Positions 1 to 7,826 of a stretch of DNA of 64,000 bases are shown here, one piece after another. Position 1 is the stretch's first letter. Each line of letters starts with the position of its first letter. The translations under genes were made by a program, and so were the position numbers. The stretch spans positions 53,947 to 117,946 of the forward strand of contig CANQDP010000002.1 in the NCBI GenBank assembly GCA_947593585.1, read 5' to 3'. Source of the DNA: an uncultured Clostridia bacterium (GTDB lineage: Bacteria; Bacillota; Clostridia; Christensenellales; UBA1242). The notes under the pieces were generated by a model that ran no database searches, was not told where the DNA came from, and saw only the letters and a program-made list of their open reading frames with translations.

Positions 1-1
1 A

Positions 2-3000
2 AGCAATGTGCCAACTTACAATTTGGGCAATGAAGTAACGATTTTGCCAATAAAAGCAACCAACCAAAAATTAAATTATACAAGCGAAAATGAAAATGTT
101 GTAACAATAGATAATAATGGCATAATTCACGCAAACTTTTATGGCGAAACCTATGTAACTGTTACTAGCAAAGAAAATTTAGCGGCATCGGCAACCAGAA
201 AGGTTATTGTGACTGATGATAAAGTCCACGCGGTGAAAATAAATGAGCAAATTAGCGACCTATATCAAGACGAAAAAATTTCATTAACTGCAAATATATA
301 TCCAAAAGAAGCGGAAAACAAAGGTTTAAAATGGACTAGTTCAAACCCTGCAATTTTAAATGTAAGTGCGAACGGAACGATTACAGCAATTGGCTCTGGC
401 ATTGCAAAAGTTATTGCAGCATCGGTTGAAAATGAGAGTGTTTTTGCTGAATTAGAAATAAACTGCCATAAGAAATTAACAGATATAACTTTTAACACAA
501 CAGATGTCCAAACCACCCAAGAAATTATTGAATTCCCAGAGGTAACTCCACTGCCAAACGATATAAACACAGACGATATAACTTATAGTTATTCTTCCAA
601 CAATATGGAAGTTGCCGGCGTTGACAAATTTGGCAAAATTAAATTTTTAAAACCGGGAAGCGTGGTAATTTCGGTTACAGCAAGCGACTTTAAAGGTGAA
701 ACAGTAACAAAGCAAAAAACATTCACTTCAACTATGGGATATTTCACAAAGCCAATTTTTGCTCAGGAAGAAATTTCTTGGAGCGACTGTCATTCGGGTG
801 AAGATTTAGCATCAACGTTGCTTAATAATCAACTGGAAGGAACTTGCAAAGGGATCGCTTCAATTGTATGTTTAAGAGATGGCATAACACCGGTAAATGA
901 TGTTATAAAATTTGAAAACAATAAATTCGTTTTTGGCAACAATCTGGATTGTGATGCCTTTATTGAAGTGACAATTAATGCAAAAATATTTAATTTTGAT
1001 AGCAACACGCTGGAAGATTATGCTGAAACAATAAAAATAAATAAAACACCATATCAATCTGGGGTAAATGCTATTGTGAAATTAAATGGCGGCACACTCA
1101 CAAAAGACGAAATTAATAATATCTCAATCAACAACCTTAACGAGCAAATTGTTTTGCAAATTTCAAATAGTGATGCCACACCAAAAATCAGCAGTAACAC
1201 GTATGTCGATGTGGACATTGCGGGCAATAAAATAACCATAACAGGCAAAGCGAGCTGCGAGAATATTGATATGGATTTATCCATTGGTGTTTCAAAATAC
1301 AAATTAAAAATAACAATTAAGGCTCAAGCGGATATTGTTGAAGTTAGCTGTGGCGGTGCAAAACTACATAATTTAGAAAGTTACAACACACTATTAGACA
1401 CATTGACTTTTGATGTAAAATTAAATAGAACGGATGGCAAAACAGTAACTGATAACACAATTCAATATAGTTTAAACAATGGTGGCGAGTTTGTAACAAC
1501 GCAAGTTTCTCAACTGGAAATAAACACTTCATCTAACCGTACAATTAAAATAAAATCTGGCACAGCCGAATTTTCATTTGAAATTAACAAAAAAACTTTA
1601 AACGATTTTGGAATTAAGGTGATTGCTTCTAACGCAACTCTTGCAACAATAAATAGCGTGAAAGACACAACCGAATATCAGTGCAGGATTCCAAGTGATG
1701 TGTTAGACCAAATAACATTGCAAATTATAATAGACGAAGAGCTTTTAGGCGGGCTTGGTGATAATGACGCTACCTTTGAAGAAATGTTTGATGTAAATTT
1801 GTTCGGCTTGGAAGGTTGGATAGCAAGTTTTAGTGCCATAAACCAACAAATCACGTTGGAATTTAGCGGCAAACAAGAATTTAATAATAAAATTGCTATA
1901 TCATATAAAGAATTGTCCACAACTTTGCAATTTGTAAGGGTGAATCTAACTTTAATCGAATTTGATGGGTTTGATATATCAAACAAAAAAGATGATGTGT
2001 ATTTGGGTTATCAACAAGTGCGCGTGTTTGCAAAACACAGTTATTATAATGGAGCGGTGGACTATTTTAAAATTCCATTTAAAGCAATATCAAGTTTAAT
2101 CACTCAAAAACCGGCCAATCCGGAAATAATTTCGTGGACTTTAACACGAGTGGATGATAATAAGAATGAAAAGCAAATTATCACAACACAATCGGGTTAC
2201 GAAGTGATCTTTAACGGAACGAACTATACAATAACAAAAGATGGTGATAATTATGTTTTAAAAGACGCTAATGGAAATGTTGTTGTGGGTGCAGATGGCA
2301 AAAATTCAAGCGGAATAATTTGGGTGGATGTGTTTAGCGAACCGGGCTATGCACGCATATATTTCGGCAACTTTGCGGGGCTAGCAGAAAGCGATGTTCA
2401 AAATAGTTATTTTGGCAATTTTGCAAACGAAGAACACTGGGTTAAACCAAGCATTGCGGAAAAGGACGATACCAACAGAATTGTTGCCCCAAGCCAAAAT
2501 GCCTTTACCTTCTTGCAAGTTATGGCAGGAGATAGCGCAGTGGGCGGTATAAATCGTTATTATAACTTTAATGTGCTTGATGATGACGAACTTATTAATA
2601 TTTTTGATGCTAAAGGTTATTACAATAACGATAAACTTGTCCTTCACACAGATTTATATGGTCCGGGCGAAATTGAAAAGCCGGACCAGAATAAAGTTTT
2701 AACCAGCCCAAAAAATGTAAGCAAGACAATCGTTTATGGAAACGGATATCACATAAATCTAGAGGCAAGAAATCAGGAGTTGATTGATGATGCTTATAGT
2801 AAAAAAGAAACTGATAATGGCGTGGCAGTAAGCAAACTTGGTTGGCACAATGGTGCATCGTTTGAACGCATATATAATTTGACACTTATGGGAGCTAATC
2901 CTGCAACAGAAATTATACGTACAAAACAGTGCATGGTGTTTAGAATTGGCTACGCTTATTATAGCAATATTCAATATTTATCAAAAATTAACACATTCTA

Positions 3001-3880
3001 CGATGATGCCGTTCCGGACACGGGGAATGGTGGCAACAATCGAGATGAAAAAGGCAGTTATAGTTACATAAAAAATAGTGTGATTAGATATGCCGCTTGG
3101 GCTTGTTTTCAATGTTCGTTCCCTAATGATAAAGCATACTTTGAAAATGTTGTGTTTGCAGAATCTAATATTGCAATCACTTTTGAAAACAAAAGAAATA
3201 TGACTTGCTATTTTAAAGGATTTAATGATATTTTATCATACAGGACTGCCCCAGAATTGTGTAAAGCCATAGGGCAACAAGAAGGTATAGGCACAGAAGT
3301 GATTCAAAATGCAGATAAATTTGCAGAGTGGTTTGGCAAAACGAATAGCGGACTTGGAGATATACTTGTTGCAGTAAAAGAAAGATATGTGAATGCCGCA
3401 GTGGCGAATTGTGTTGCTTTTGATTATACCAACCAAGTTTTGTTCTGGAACGGCAAAAATTATGGAAGTCAAAATGGAGCATTCGCTGATAAGATTACGA
3501 TTTTGGAGTTATATCGAGTGTGGCTTTACGATAGAACAGTAGAATTCGATGGCGGACAAAAAGTTGGCAGATATTACTCTGACCGCGATATGAGCAAATT
3601 GTTCGATAATCCAAATGCTGTTCGCTTGCTTTGCCAATACAAAACGCCTACCGAGAAAAATACCGACCATATCTTGTGGCACATACAACAAGTTTATCGC
3701 AACCCTAATTTAATTGAAGGGCGAGAAACTAATCACATCGAACACTTAAAGAGCACACTAAAAGATGTTGTATGGCCAGACGGCTCAACTGCAAATGAAG
3801 CAATTTCGTTGAGTGAATCAAAAATTATTTCAAACAATTTGCTTGTAATATTGCCTAACAAAAAACGACAATTATTTTAA
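2..3880 (+). CDS. Large secreted/surface protein, 5' end cut by the window edge. Has N-terminal bacterial Ig-like (Big_2-type) repeats.
   Basis: The reading frame is open to the window edge and there is no signal peptide at the first residues. Repeated modules resemble Big_2 domains, e.g. YGETYVTVTSKENLAASATRKVIVTD and GLKWTSSNPAILNVSANGTITAIGSGIAKVIA. The long C-terminal region has no motif I recognise. Confidence 0.6.
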   Translation, partial: SNVPTYNLGNEVTILPIKATNQKLNYTSENENVVTIDNNGIIHANFYGETYVTVTSKENLAASATRKVIVTDDKVHAVKINEQISDLYQDEKISLTANIYPKEAENKGLKWTSSNPAILNVSANGTITAIGSGIAKVIAASVENESVFAELEINCHKKLTDITFNTTDVQTTQEIIEFPEVTPLPNDINTDDITYSYSSNNMEVAGVDKFGKIKFLKPGSVVISVTASDFKGETVTKQKTFTSTMGYFTKPIFAQEEISWSDCHSGEDLASTLLNNQLEGTCKGIASIVCLRDGITPVNDVIKFENNKFVFGNNLDCDAFIEVTINAKIFNFDSNTLEDYAETIKINKTPYQSGVNAIVKLNGGTLTKDEINNISINNLNEQIVLQISNSDATPKISSNTYVDVDIAGNKITITGKASCENIDMDLSIGVSKYKLKITIKAQADIVEVSCGGAKLHNLESYNTLLDTLTFDVKLNRTDGKTVTDNTIQYSLNNGGEFVTTQVSQLEINTSSNRTIKIKSGTAEFSFEINKKTLNDFGIKVIASNATLATINSVKDTTEYQCRIPSDVLDQITLQIIIDEELLGGLGDNDATFEEMFDVNLFGLEGWIASFSAINQQITLEFSGKQEFNNKIAISYKELSTTLQFVRVNLTLIEFDGFDISNKKDDVYLGYQQVRVFAKHSYYNGAVDYFKIPFKAISSLITQKPANPEIISWTLTRVDDNKNEKQIITTQSGYEVIFNGTNYTITKDGDNYVLKDANGNVVVGADGKNSSGIIWVDVFSEPGYARIYFGNFAGLAESDVQNSYFGNFANEEHWVKPSIAEKDDTNRIVAPSQNAFTFLQVMAGDSAVGGINRYYNFNVLDDDELINIFDAKGYYNNDKLVLHTDLYGPGEIEKPDQNKVLTSPKNVSKTIVYGNGYHINLEARNQELIDDAYSKKETDNGVAVSKLGWHNGASFERIYNLTLMGANPATEIIRTKQCMVFRIGYAYYSNIQYLSKINTFYDDAVPDTGNGGNNRDEKGSYSYIKNSVIRYAAWACFQCSFPNDKAYFENVVFAESNIAITFENKRNMTCYFKGFNDILSYRTAPELCKAIGQQEGIGTEVIQNADKFAEWFGKTNSGLGDILVAVKERYVNAAVANCVAFDYTNQVLFWNGKNYGSQNGAFADKITILELYRVWLYDRTVEFDGGQKVGRYYSDRDMSKLFDNPNAVRLLCQYKTPTEKNTDHILWHIQQVYRNPNLIEGRETNHIEHLKSTLKDVVWPDGSTANEAISLSESKIISNNLLVILPNKKRQLF

Positions 3881-3947
3881 TTTGTTTACACGAACTTGAT
3901 AGTTGTGCGTCGAAATGTCAGGCAGCACAAAATTGCTTTAACGCAAT

Positions 3948-3979
3948 AAAAAAATTGCAGATTGCTCTGCAATTTTTTT
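3948..3979. terminator. Bidirectional rho-independent terminator between two convergent genes
   Basis: Stem attgcag/ctgcaat (3954-3960 / 3967-3973) is flanked by an A-run and a T-run. Confidence 0.6.
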
Positions 3980-3981
3980 AA

Positions 3982-4857
3982 CTACTTTGCTTTGGCGTTT
4001 GTTGTTTTTGTGGTTTTTGTTGTCGCCGTCTTTTTAGTGGTGGTTGAAGCCTTTTTTGTGGTTGGGCGAGCAGGGGCTTTTTCTGCCTCTTTAACGCTGG
4101 CAACCGAAACTTCTTTGGCTTCACTCTTAACTTCTGGCTCTGCTTCAACTTTGGCAGCGACTAACTTTTTCTCGCATTTGCATTCTAGTGCATATTGGAA
4201 AAGTGCAGCTAAGGCAGCGCCGACCAATGGACCCACAATGAACACCCAAACCTGAGTGATTGCAGCCTTGCCAGTGAACAAATAGAAGATTGCTGGCAAA
4301 AGGCTTCTTGCAGGGTTTACAGAAGTGCCGGTGATGAACAAGCCAAGCAAGTGAACAAGCGTGAGGGTTAAGCCGATAACAACGCCTGAAATTGTGGAAT
4401 ATTTTTCTTTTGATGTAACACCCAAAATTACAAGAACGAATGTGAAGGTCAACACAATTTCACCAACCAATGCCACTAAGTATTGCATTGTTTTAGAATT
4501 GCTATATTGACTAACGATTCCGCCTTGAATTAGGTTTGCACCAAATCCGCAATCTTTGCCGAAAATCATCATAAGAACCAAGCAGCCAACTGCAGCACCA
4601 ACCAACTGGCTAACCACATAGACGCAGAATTCTTTGAAGGTGATTTTCTTCTTAATTAACATAGCGAGTGAAACGGCTGGGTTCACATGGCAACCGGACA
4701 CATTTCCAATGCTATAAGCCATAGCAATGATTGTTAAACCGAACGCAAGTGAAACGGCAACAGAATCTGCTCCGCAAACGATTGCAACTCCGCACCCGAA
4801 AACGACCAAGAGCGCAGTGCCAACAACTTCGGCAAATGATTTTTTAACCAACTCCAT
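3982..4857 (-). CDS. MIP-family channel (aquaporin/glycerol facilitator) with a Lys/Thr/Ala-rich C-terminal tail
   Basis: Two NPA motifs (SGCHVNPAVS and GTSVNPARS) and six hydrophobic segments. SD aaggagg lies upstream of the ATG. The last 70 or so aa are low complexity (TTKKASTTTKKTATTKTTKTTNAKAK). Confidence 0.9.
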   Translation of the reverse strand: MELVKKSFAEVVGTALLVVFGCGVAIVCGADSVAVSLAFGLTIIAMAYSIGNVSGCHVNPAVSLAMLIKKKITFKEFCVYVVSQLVGAAVGCLVLMMIFGKDCGFGANLIQGGIVSQYSNSKTMQYLVALVGEIVLTFTFVLVILGVTSKEKYSTISGVVIGLTLTLVHLLGLFITGTSVNPARSLLPAIFYLFTGKAAITQVWVFIVGPLVGAALAALFQYALECKCEKKLVAAKVEAEPEVKSEAKEVSVASVKEAEKAPARPTTKKASTTTKKTATTKTTKTTNAKAK

Positions 4858-4940
4858 ACTTTCCTCCTTATCATGAGTATAAAAAACTTTTTTCTAAAAA
4901 ACAACTAATTTAAAAGAATTTAGACAAAAAAATTCACATC

Positions 4941-4968
4941 TTGACAAATTTTATTTTGGTGGTATAAT
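4941..4968 (+). promoter_or_regulatory. Sigma-A-type promoter for the 4987 gene
   Basis: TTGACA (4941-4946), 16-nt spacer, extended -10 TGgTATAAT (4960-4968). Confidence 0.5.
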
Positions 4969-4986
4969 GCGCTTAGAGGCGAAGTT

Positions 4987-5691
4987 ATGACATATGAAGA
5001 AGCAAAAAAATTAAGAGAGGAAGACCTTGCCAGAACCTTGCGTTACCCAAAGGATTTTAATGAGGACAAGATTCCGCTTTCATATTTGGTATATTATATC
5101 GAGCAACTTTTTGAAACAGAGCGAAAACTCGTGCCAAGTTTTATAAAAAAGGTGGCTTGCAAGGAAGTGATAAATGAGCATGAAGGTGTGGTGGATTTTC
5201 ATTGCAAAAATGCAAAGCGCGGCATTTATTATATTGACATTGGAAATGCTAAGGGCGAATTTTTTGACGCACACAGACTATTTAAAAGCGGGAAATATCC
5301 AAAAGGGATTGAAAAAAACCAATGCTTTGGCAATAGTGTGTCGTTTGCTCTGACATTAAACAAGGTGGACGCTTATTGCAAGGTGCTAACGGGTGTGGCT
5401 TTTTATGGCAATCCATATTTGCATTCAGTGCTGGAAATTATCAACCCAGACGATAAAAGGCAAATCATAGATTTCAACTCAGACCTTGTGATGGATTATG
5501 ATTTATATATGACCTTATTTTCTTTTGAACTCCTTTGCAAAGTGGACAGTTCCGCCATTGCCCGCGACCTAGACGTTTTGCGAGATAGAAGAATAACATT
5601 AGATGTGTCCCACCTGTTGCTTGCCTATGATGATGCAATTAGAGTTAAGACGGAGCAACTATCTTCATTAAAAAATGGCGAAAGCGTTTAA
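4987..5691 (+). CDS. Hypothetical protein, possibly transglutaminase-like Cys-His-Asp fold
   Basis: ORF with a weak SD (agagg). The order NQCFGNSVSFAL ... YLHSVLE ... IIDFN has C-to-H spacing of about 33 aa and H-to-D spacing of about 16 aa. This resembles transglutaminase-like cysteine protease cores. Judged from memory of the motif only. Confidence 0.45.
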   Translation: MTYEEAKKLREEDLARTLRYPKDFNEDKIPLSYLVYYIEQLFETERKLVPSFIKKVACKEVINEHEGVVDFHCKNAKRGIYYIDIGNAKGEFFDAHRLFKSGKYPKGIEKNQCFGNSVSFALTLNKVDAYCKVLTGVAFYGNPYLHSVLEIINPDDKRQIIDFNSDLVMDYDLYMTLFSFELLCKVDSSAIARDLDVLRDRRITLDVSHLLLAYDDAIRVKTEQLSSLKNGESV

Positions 5692-5709
5692 TTAGCTTTC
5701 GCTTTTTTT
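5678..5709 (+). terminator. Rho-independent terminator
   Basis: Stem gcgaaagc/gctttcgc followed by a T7 run. Confidence 0.6.
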
Positions 5710-5751
5710 GAAAAAAGGCCTAAAACATAAAGTTTTAAGCCTTTTGATTTT

Positions 5752-5826
5752 TGGTAGTCCCAAGGGGAATCGAACCCCTGATACCGCCGTGAAGGGGCGG
5801 TGTCTTAACCGCTTGACCATGGGACC
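5752..5826 (-). tRNA. tRNA-Glu (anticodon UUC)
   Basis: Hand-folded cloverleaf: GGTCCCA acceptor, GTTCGATTC T-loop, anticodon arm CCGCC-CCTTCAC-GGCGG, encoded CCA. The arm is almost identical to E. coli tRNA-Glu but with C at position 33. Confidence 0.8.
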
Positions 5827-5840
5827 ACGTCGCAACTCTC

Positions 5841-6132
5841 GCTTTTGCTTGTTTGCTTCGTTTCACTGCGCAAAACGTGCGCTTATGCTCGGTTGCTCCT
5901 TTTCCCCTCAAAATTTGCATTTTGTGGGGGCCCCGAGTTTTCGCTCTAGCTAATTTGCTACATTGCATTACGCAAATGTAAGCCTTAGCTTGCTTGCTCC
6001 TTTTCCCCACTGTGAAACAAGTTCTTGTGGGGGCTCTAATTAGTGCGCTTTTGCTTGTTTGCTTCGTTTCACTGCGCAAACGTGCGCTTATGCTCGGTTG
6101 CTCCTTTTCCCCTCAAAATTAGCATTTTGTGG
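5841..6132. repeat. 88-bp direct repeat family in the tRNA-Met/tRNA-Glu spacer: two near-identical copies plus one degenerate copy
   Basis: Copy 1 is 5841-5928 and copy 2 is 6047-6132. They differ by 1 indel and 1 substitution. A partial copy at 5988-6033 shares gcttgctccttttcccc...gtggggg. Each copy ends in a CCCC...GGGG hairpin. Confidence 0.85.
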
Positions 6133-6143
6133 AGTGTAAAGGG

Positions 6144-6219
6144 TGGTGGCGGTGAGTAGAATTGAACTACTGACCTATCGGGTATGAACCGATTGCTCTA
6201 ACCGCTGAGCCACACCGCC
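6144..6219 (-). tRNA. tRNA with CAU anticodon (elongator Met or lysidine-Ile type, not initiator)
   Basis: GGCGGTG/CACCGCC acceptor with G1:C72 paired. Anticodon arm ATCGG-TTCATAC-CCGAT, GTTCAATTC T-loop, encoded CCA. Confidence 0.8.
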
Positions 6220-6240
6220 GTTTTTTAGAGTTACTTGTGT

Positions 6241-6269
6241 ATATTAACAAAATTTTAGGTCATTGTCAA
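6241..6269 (-). promoter_or_regulatory. Promoter for the minus-strand tRNA-Met / tRNA-Glu unit
   Basis: On the minus strand: TTGACA (6264-6269), 17 nt, TAATAT (6241-6246), about 20 nt upstream of the tRNA 5' end. Confidence 0.5.
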
Positions 6270-6319
6270 GATATTTTAACAAAAAATTTTTTATAATAGA
6301 GCAAATCACTTTAAAACCT

Positions 6320-6347
6320 TTGATTTTTTATTTTTTTATGATATAAT
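6320..6347 (+). promoter_or_regulatory. Promoter for tRNA-Gly
   Basis: TTGATT (6320-6325), 16 nt, extended -10 TGaTATAAT (6339-6347). The tRNA starts 9 nt downstream. Confidence 0.5.
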
Positions 6348-6355
6348 AAATATGT

Positions 6356-6429
6356 GCGGGTGTAGTACATCGGTAGTACGCGGGCTTCCCAAGCCTGTGA
6401 GGTGGGTTCGACTCCCATCACCCGCTCCA
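6356..6429 (+). tRNA. tRNA-Gly (anticodon CCC)
   Basis: GCGGGTG/CACCCGC acceptor, anticodon arm CGGGC-TTCCCAA-GCCTG, GTTCGACTC T-loop, encoded CCA. Confidence 0.85.
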
Positions 6430-6434
6430 CACAG

Positions 6435-6455
6435 CCTTCTAAAGAAGGTTTTTTT
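6435..6455 (+). terminator. Terminator after tRNA-Gly
   Basis: Stem ccttc/gaagg followed by a T7 run. Confidence 0.6.
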
Positions 6456-6480
6456 AATTAAAAAAACTTTAAAAATTTAT

Positions 6481-6510
6481 TTGACAAAGGCACACCCGTC
6501 TGGGTATAAT
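6481..6510 (+). promoter_or_regulatory. csoR promoter with an embedded ACCC-N4-GGGT palindrome (candidate CsoR operator)
   Basis: TTGACA (6481-6486), 18 nt, TATAAT (6505-6510). ACCCgtctGGGT (6494-6505) sits in the spacer and overlaps the -10. Confidence 0.45.
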
Positions 6511-6530
6511 CATAACAATGGAGGGGAAGA

Positions 6531-6821
6531 ATGGAAAAAGATTTTGAGAAAAAAGCAAAACGCGCAGAGAGTGATAAGGTGGCTATAATTAAGAGGCTAA
6601 ACATCTTAACCGGTCAAATTGAGGGCGTAAAAAAGATGGTGAATGCTGGTGCTTACTGCGATGATGTTTTGGTGCAATTATCTAGCATTTTCAAATCAGT
6701 GAAGAGCCTATCGAATTTTGTGATTGAGCGCCATATCGAAACTTGCGTTGCCGAGAATTTGAAGAAGGGCAAACTTGAAGTGCTAAAAGAATTAAATAAT
6801 ATGTATAAAAGATTTCAATAA
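6531..6821 (+). CDS. csoR: CsoR/RcnR/FrmR-family metal-sensing repressor (Cys-His-Cys type, CsoR-like)
   Basis: RLNILTGQIEGVKKMV...YCDDVLVQL...ERHIETC matches the DUF156 helical-bundle signature with C-H-C ligands. SD ggagggg. Confidence 0.75.
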   Translation: MEKDFEKKAKRAESDKVAIIKRLNILTGQIEGVKKMVNAGAYCDDVLVQLSSIFKSVKSLSNFVIERHIETCVAENLKKGKLEVLKELNNMYKRFQ

Positions 6822-6846
6822 AAAATCGCCGTTTGGCGATTTTTTA
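6820..6846. terminator. Bidirectional terminator (csoR / DUF362 gene)
   Basis: Stem atcgcc/ggcgat with a flanking A-run and T-run. Confidence 0.65.
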
Positions 6847-7728
6847 ATCGATTGAAATCAGTTCATATTCGCGTGAGCCAAGCCCAATTTTCTCCGCATG
6901 CTCAACTATGTGAATTGCGTGCTTTTCCTTCATGCGTTTAACTAAAGATTTTTTGCCTTTGTCCGGCGAATTAATAATCGCATCATGACAGCATTGGTCA
7001 AGGGCAACGGGGTCGGTTGAAGCGAAAATGCCAATGTCTGCCATTTCTGGCTCGCTTGGGTTAGAATCGCAATCACAGTCCACCGAAAGCCTATTTGCCA
7101 CATTTATATACACCACATTTTTTCTTCCAAAGAAATCTGCCACGGAAGAACTTGCTTCTGCCATACATTCCAAAAAGCCGTCTTGGTCATTAAGGAGTGA
7201 CCACATAGCGTCTGGGTCTGCCGTCCTTCCCACTGAATGAATCCATGCCTTTCCGTTTCTCGAAGCGACGCCTATGCTCATGTTTTTCAGCGCACCGCCA
7301 AAGCCACCCATTGCGTGCCCTTTAAAGTGCGATAGCATAAGCATTGAATCGTAATTTTTTAAATGACTGCCCACAAGATTATAGCCATTCATGTGGCTGC
7401 CTTTTTTAATTTTAATTTTCATTTCGCCGTCCTCATCCATAATATCACAAGGGGCGATGTCTAAAAAGCCATGGTCTTTAATGGCTTTCCAATGGCTCTT
7501 TGCGTCAAATCTTTTGCCGCGATAGGCAGTGCAACATTCAACTATTGTGCCATTTAATTTTTTCACCAAATCTTTAATCAAATTTGGATTTAAAAAGTTG
7601 TGCCCTCCCGGCTCGCCCGTGGAAATCTTCACTGCCACCTTGCCAGGCAATTTCACTTGAAGAGCGTCATAAATCTTAATCAAACTTTTTGGCGAAATTT
7701 CTTTCGTGAAATAAACTTTTGATTTCAT
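6844..7728 (-). CDS. DUF362-domain protein (putative Fe-S binding)
   Basis: SHFKGHAMGGFGGALKNMSIG, SVDCDCDSNP and STDPVALDQ motifs are typical of DUF362. SD ggagg. Confidence 0.7.
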   Translation of the reverse strand: MKSKVYFTKEISPKSLIKIYDALQVKLPGKVAVKISTGEPGGHNFLNPNLIKDLVKKLNGTIVECCTAYRGKRFDAKSHWKAIKDHGFLDIAPCDIMDEDGEMKIKIKKGSHMNGYNLVGSHLKNYDSMLMLSHFKGHAMGGFGGALKNMSIGVASRNGKAWIHSVGRTADPDAMWSLLNDQDGFLECMAEASSSVADFFGRKNVVYINVANRLSVDCDCDSNPSEPEMADIGIFASTDPVALDQCCHDAIINSPDKGKKSLVKRMKEKHAIHIVEHAEKIGLGSREYELISID

Positions 7729-7826
7729 TTTTTCCTCCGTGAATATTTTAGCAAAAATTTTTAAAATTTCAAAATAATTGATATATTTTTCAAAAAAATT
7801 TAAAATTTGGCTATATTTTTAATTTT

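Noticed and set aside
3962-4255. 97-aa plus-strand ORF opposite the aquaporin tail
   Set aside because: It starts inside the bidirectional terminator and mirrors the low-complexity tail of the MIP gene. It is spurious.
5708-6079. ORF-track ORFs 5708-5953 (+, 81 aa) and 5735-6079 (-, 114 aa)
   Set aside because: They run through tRNA-Glu and the repeat-filled tRNA spacer, have no SD, and have an odd composition. They are by-products of the repeats and not genes.
6352-6588. 78-aa ORF overlapping tRNA-Gly and the csoR start
   Set aside because: It begins inside the tRNA promoter, reads through the tRNA gene and its terminator, and is out of frame with csoR. It is spurious.
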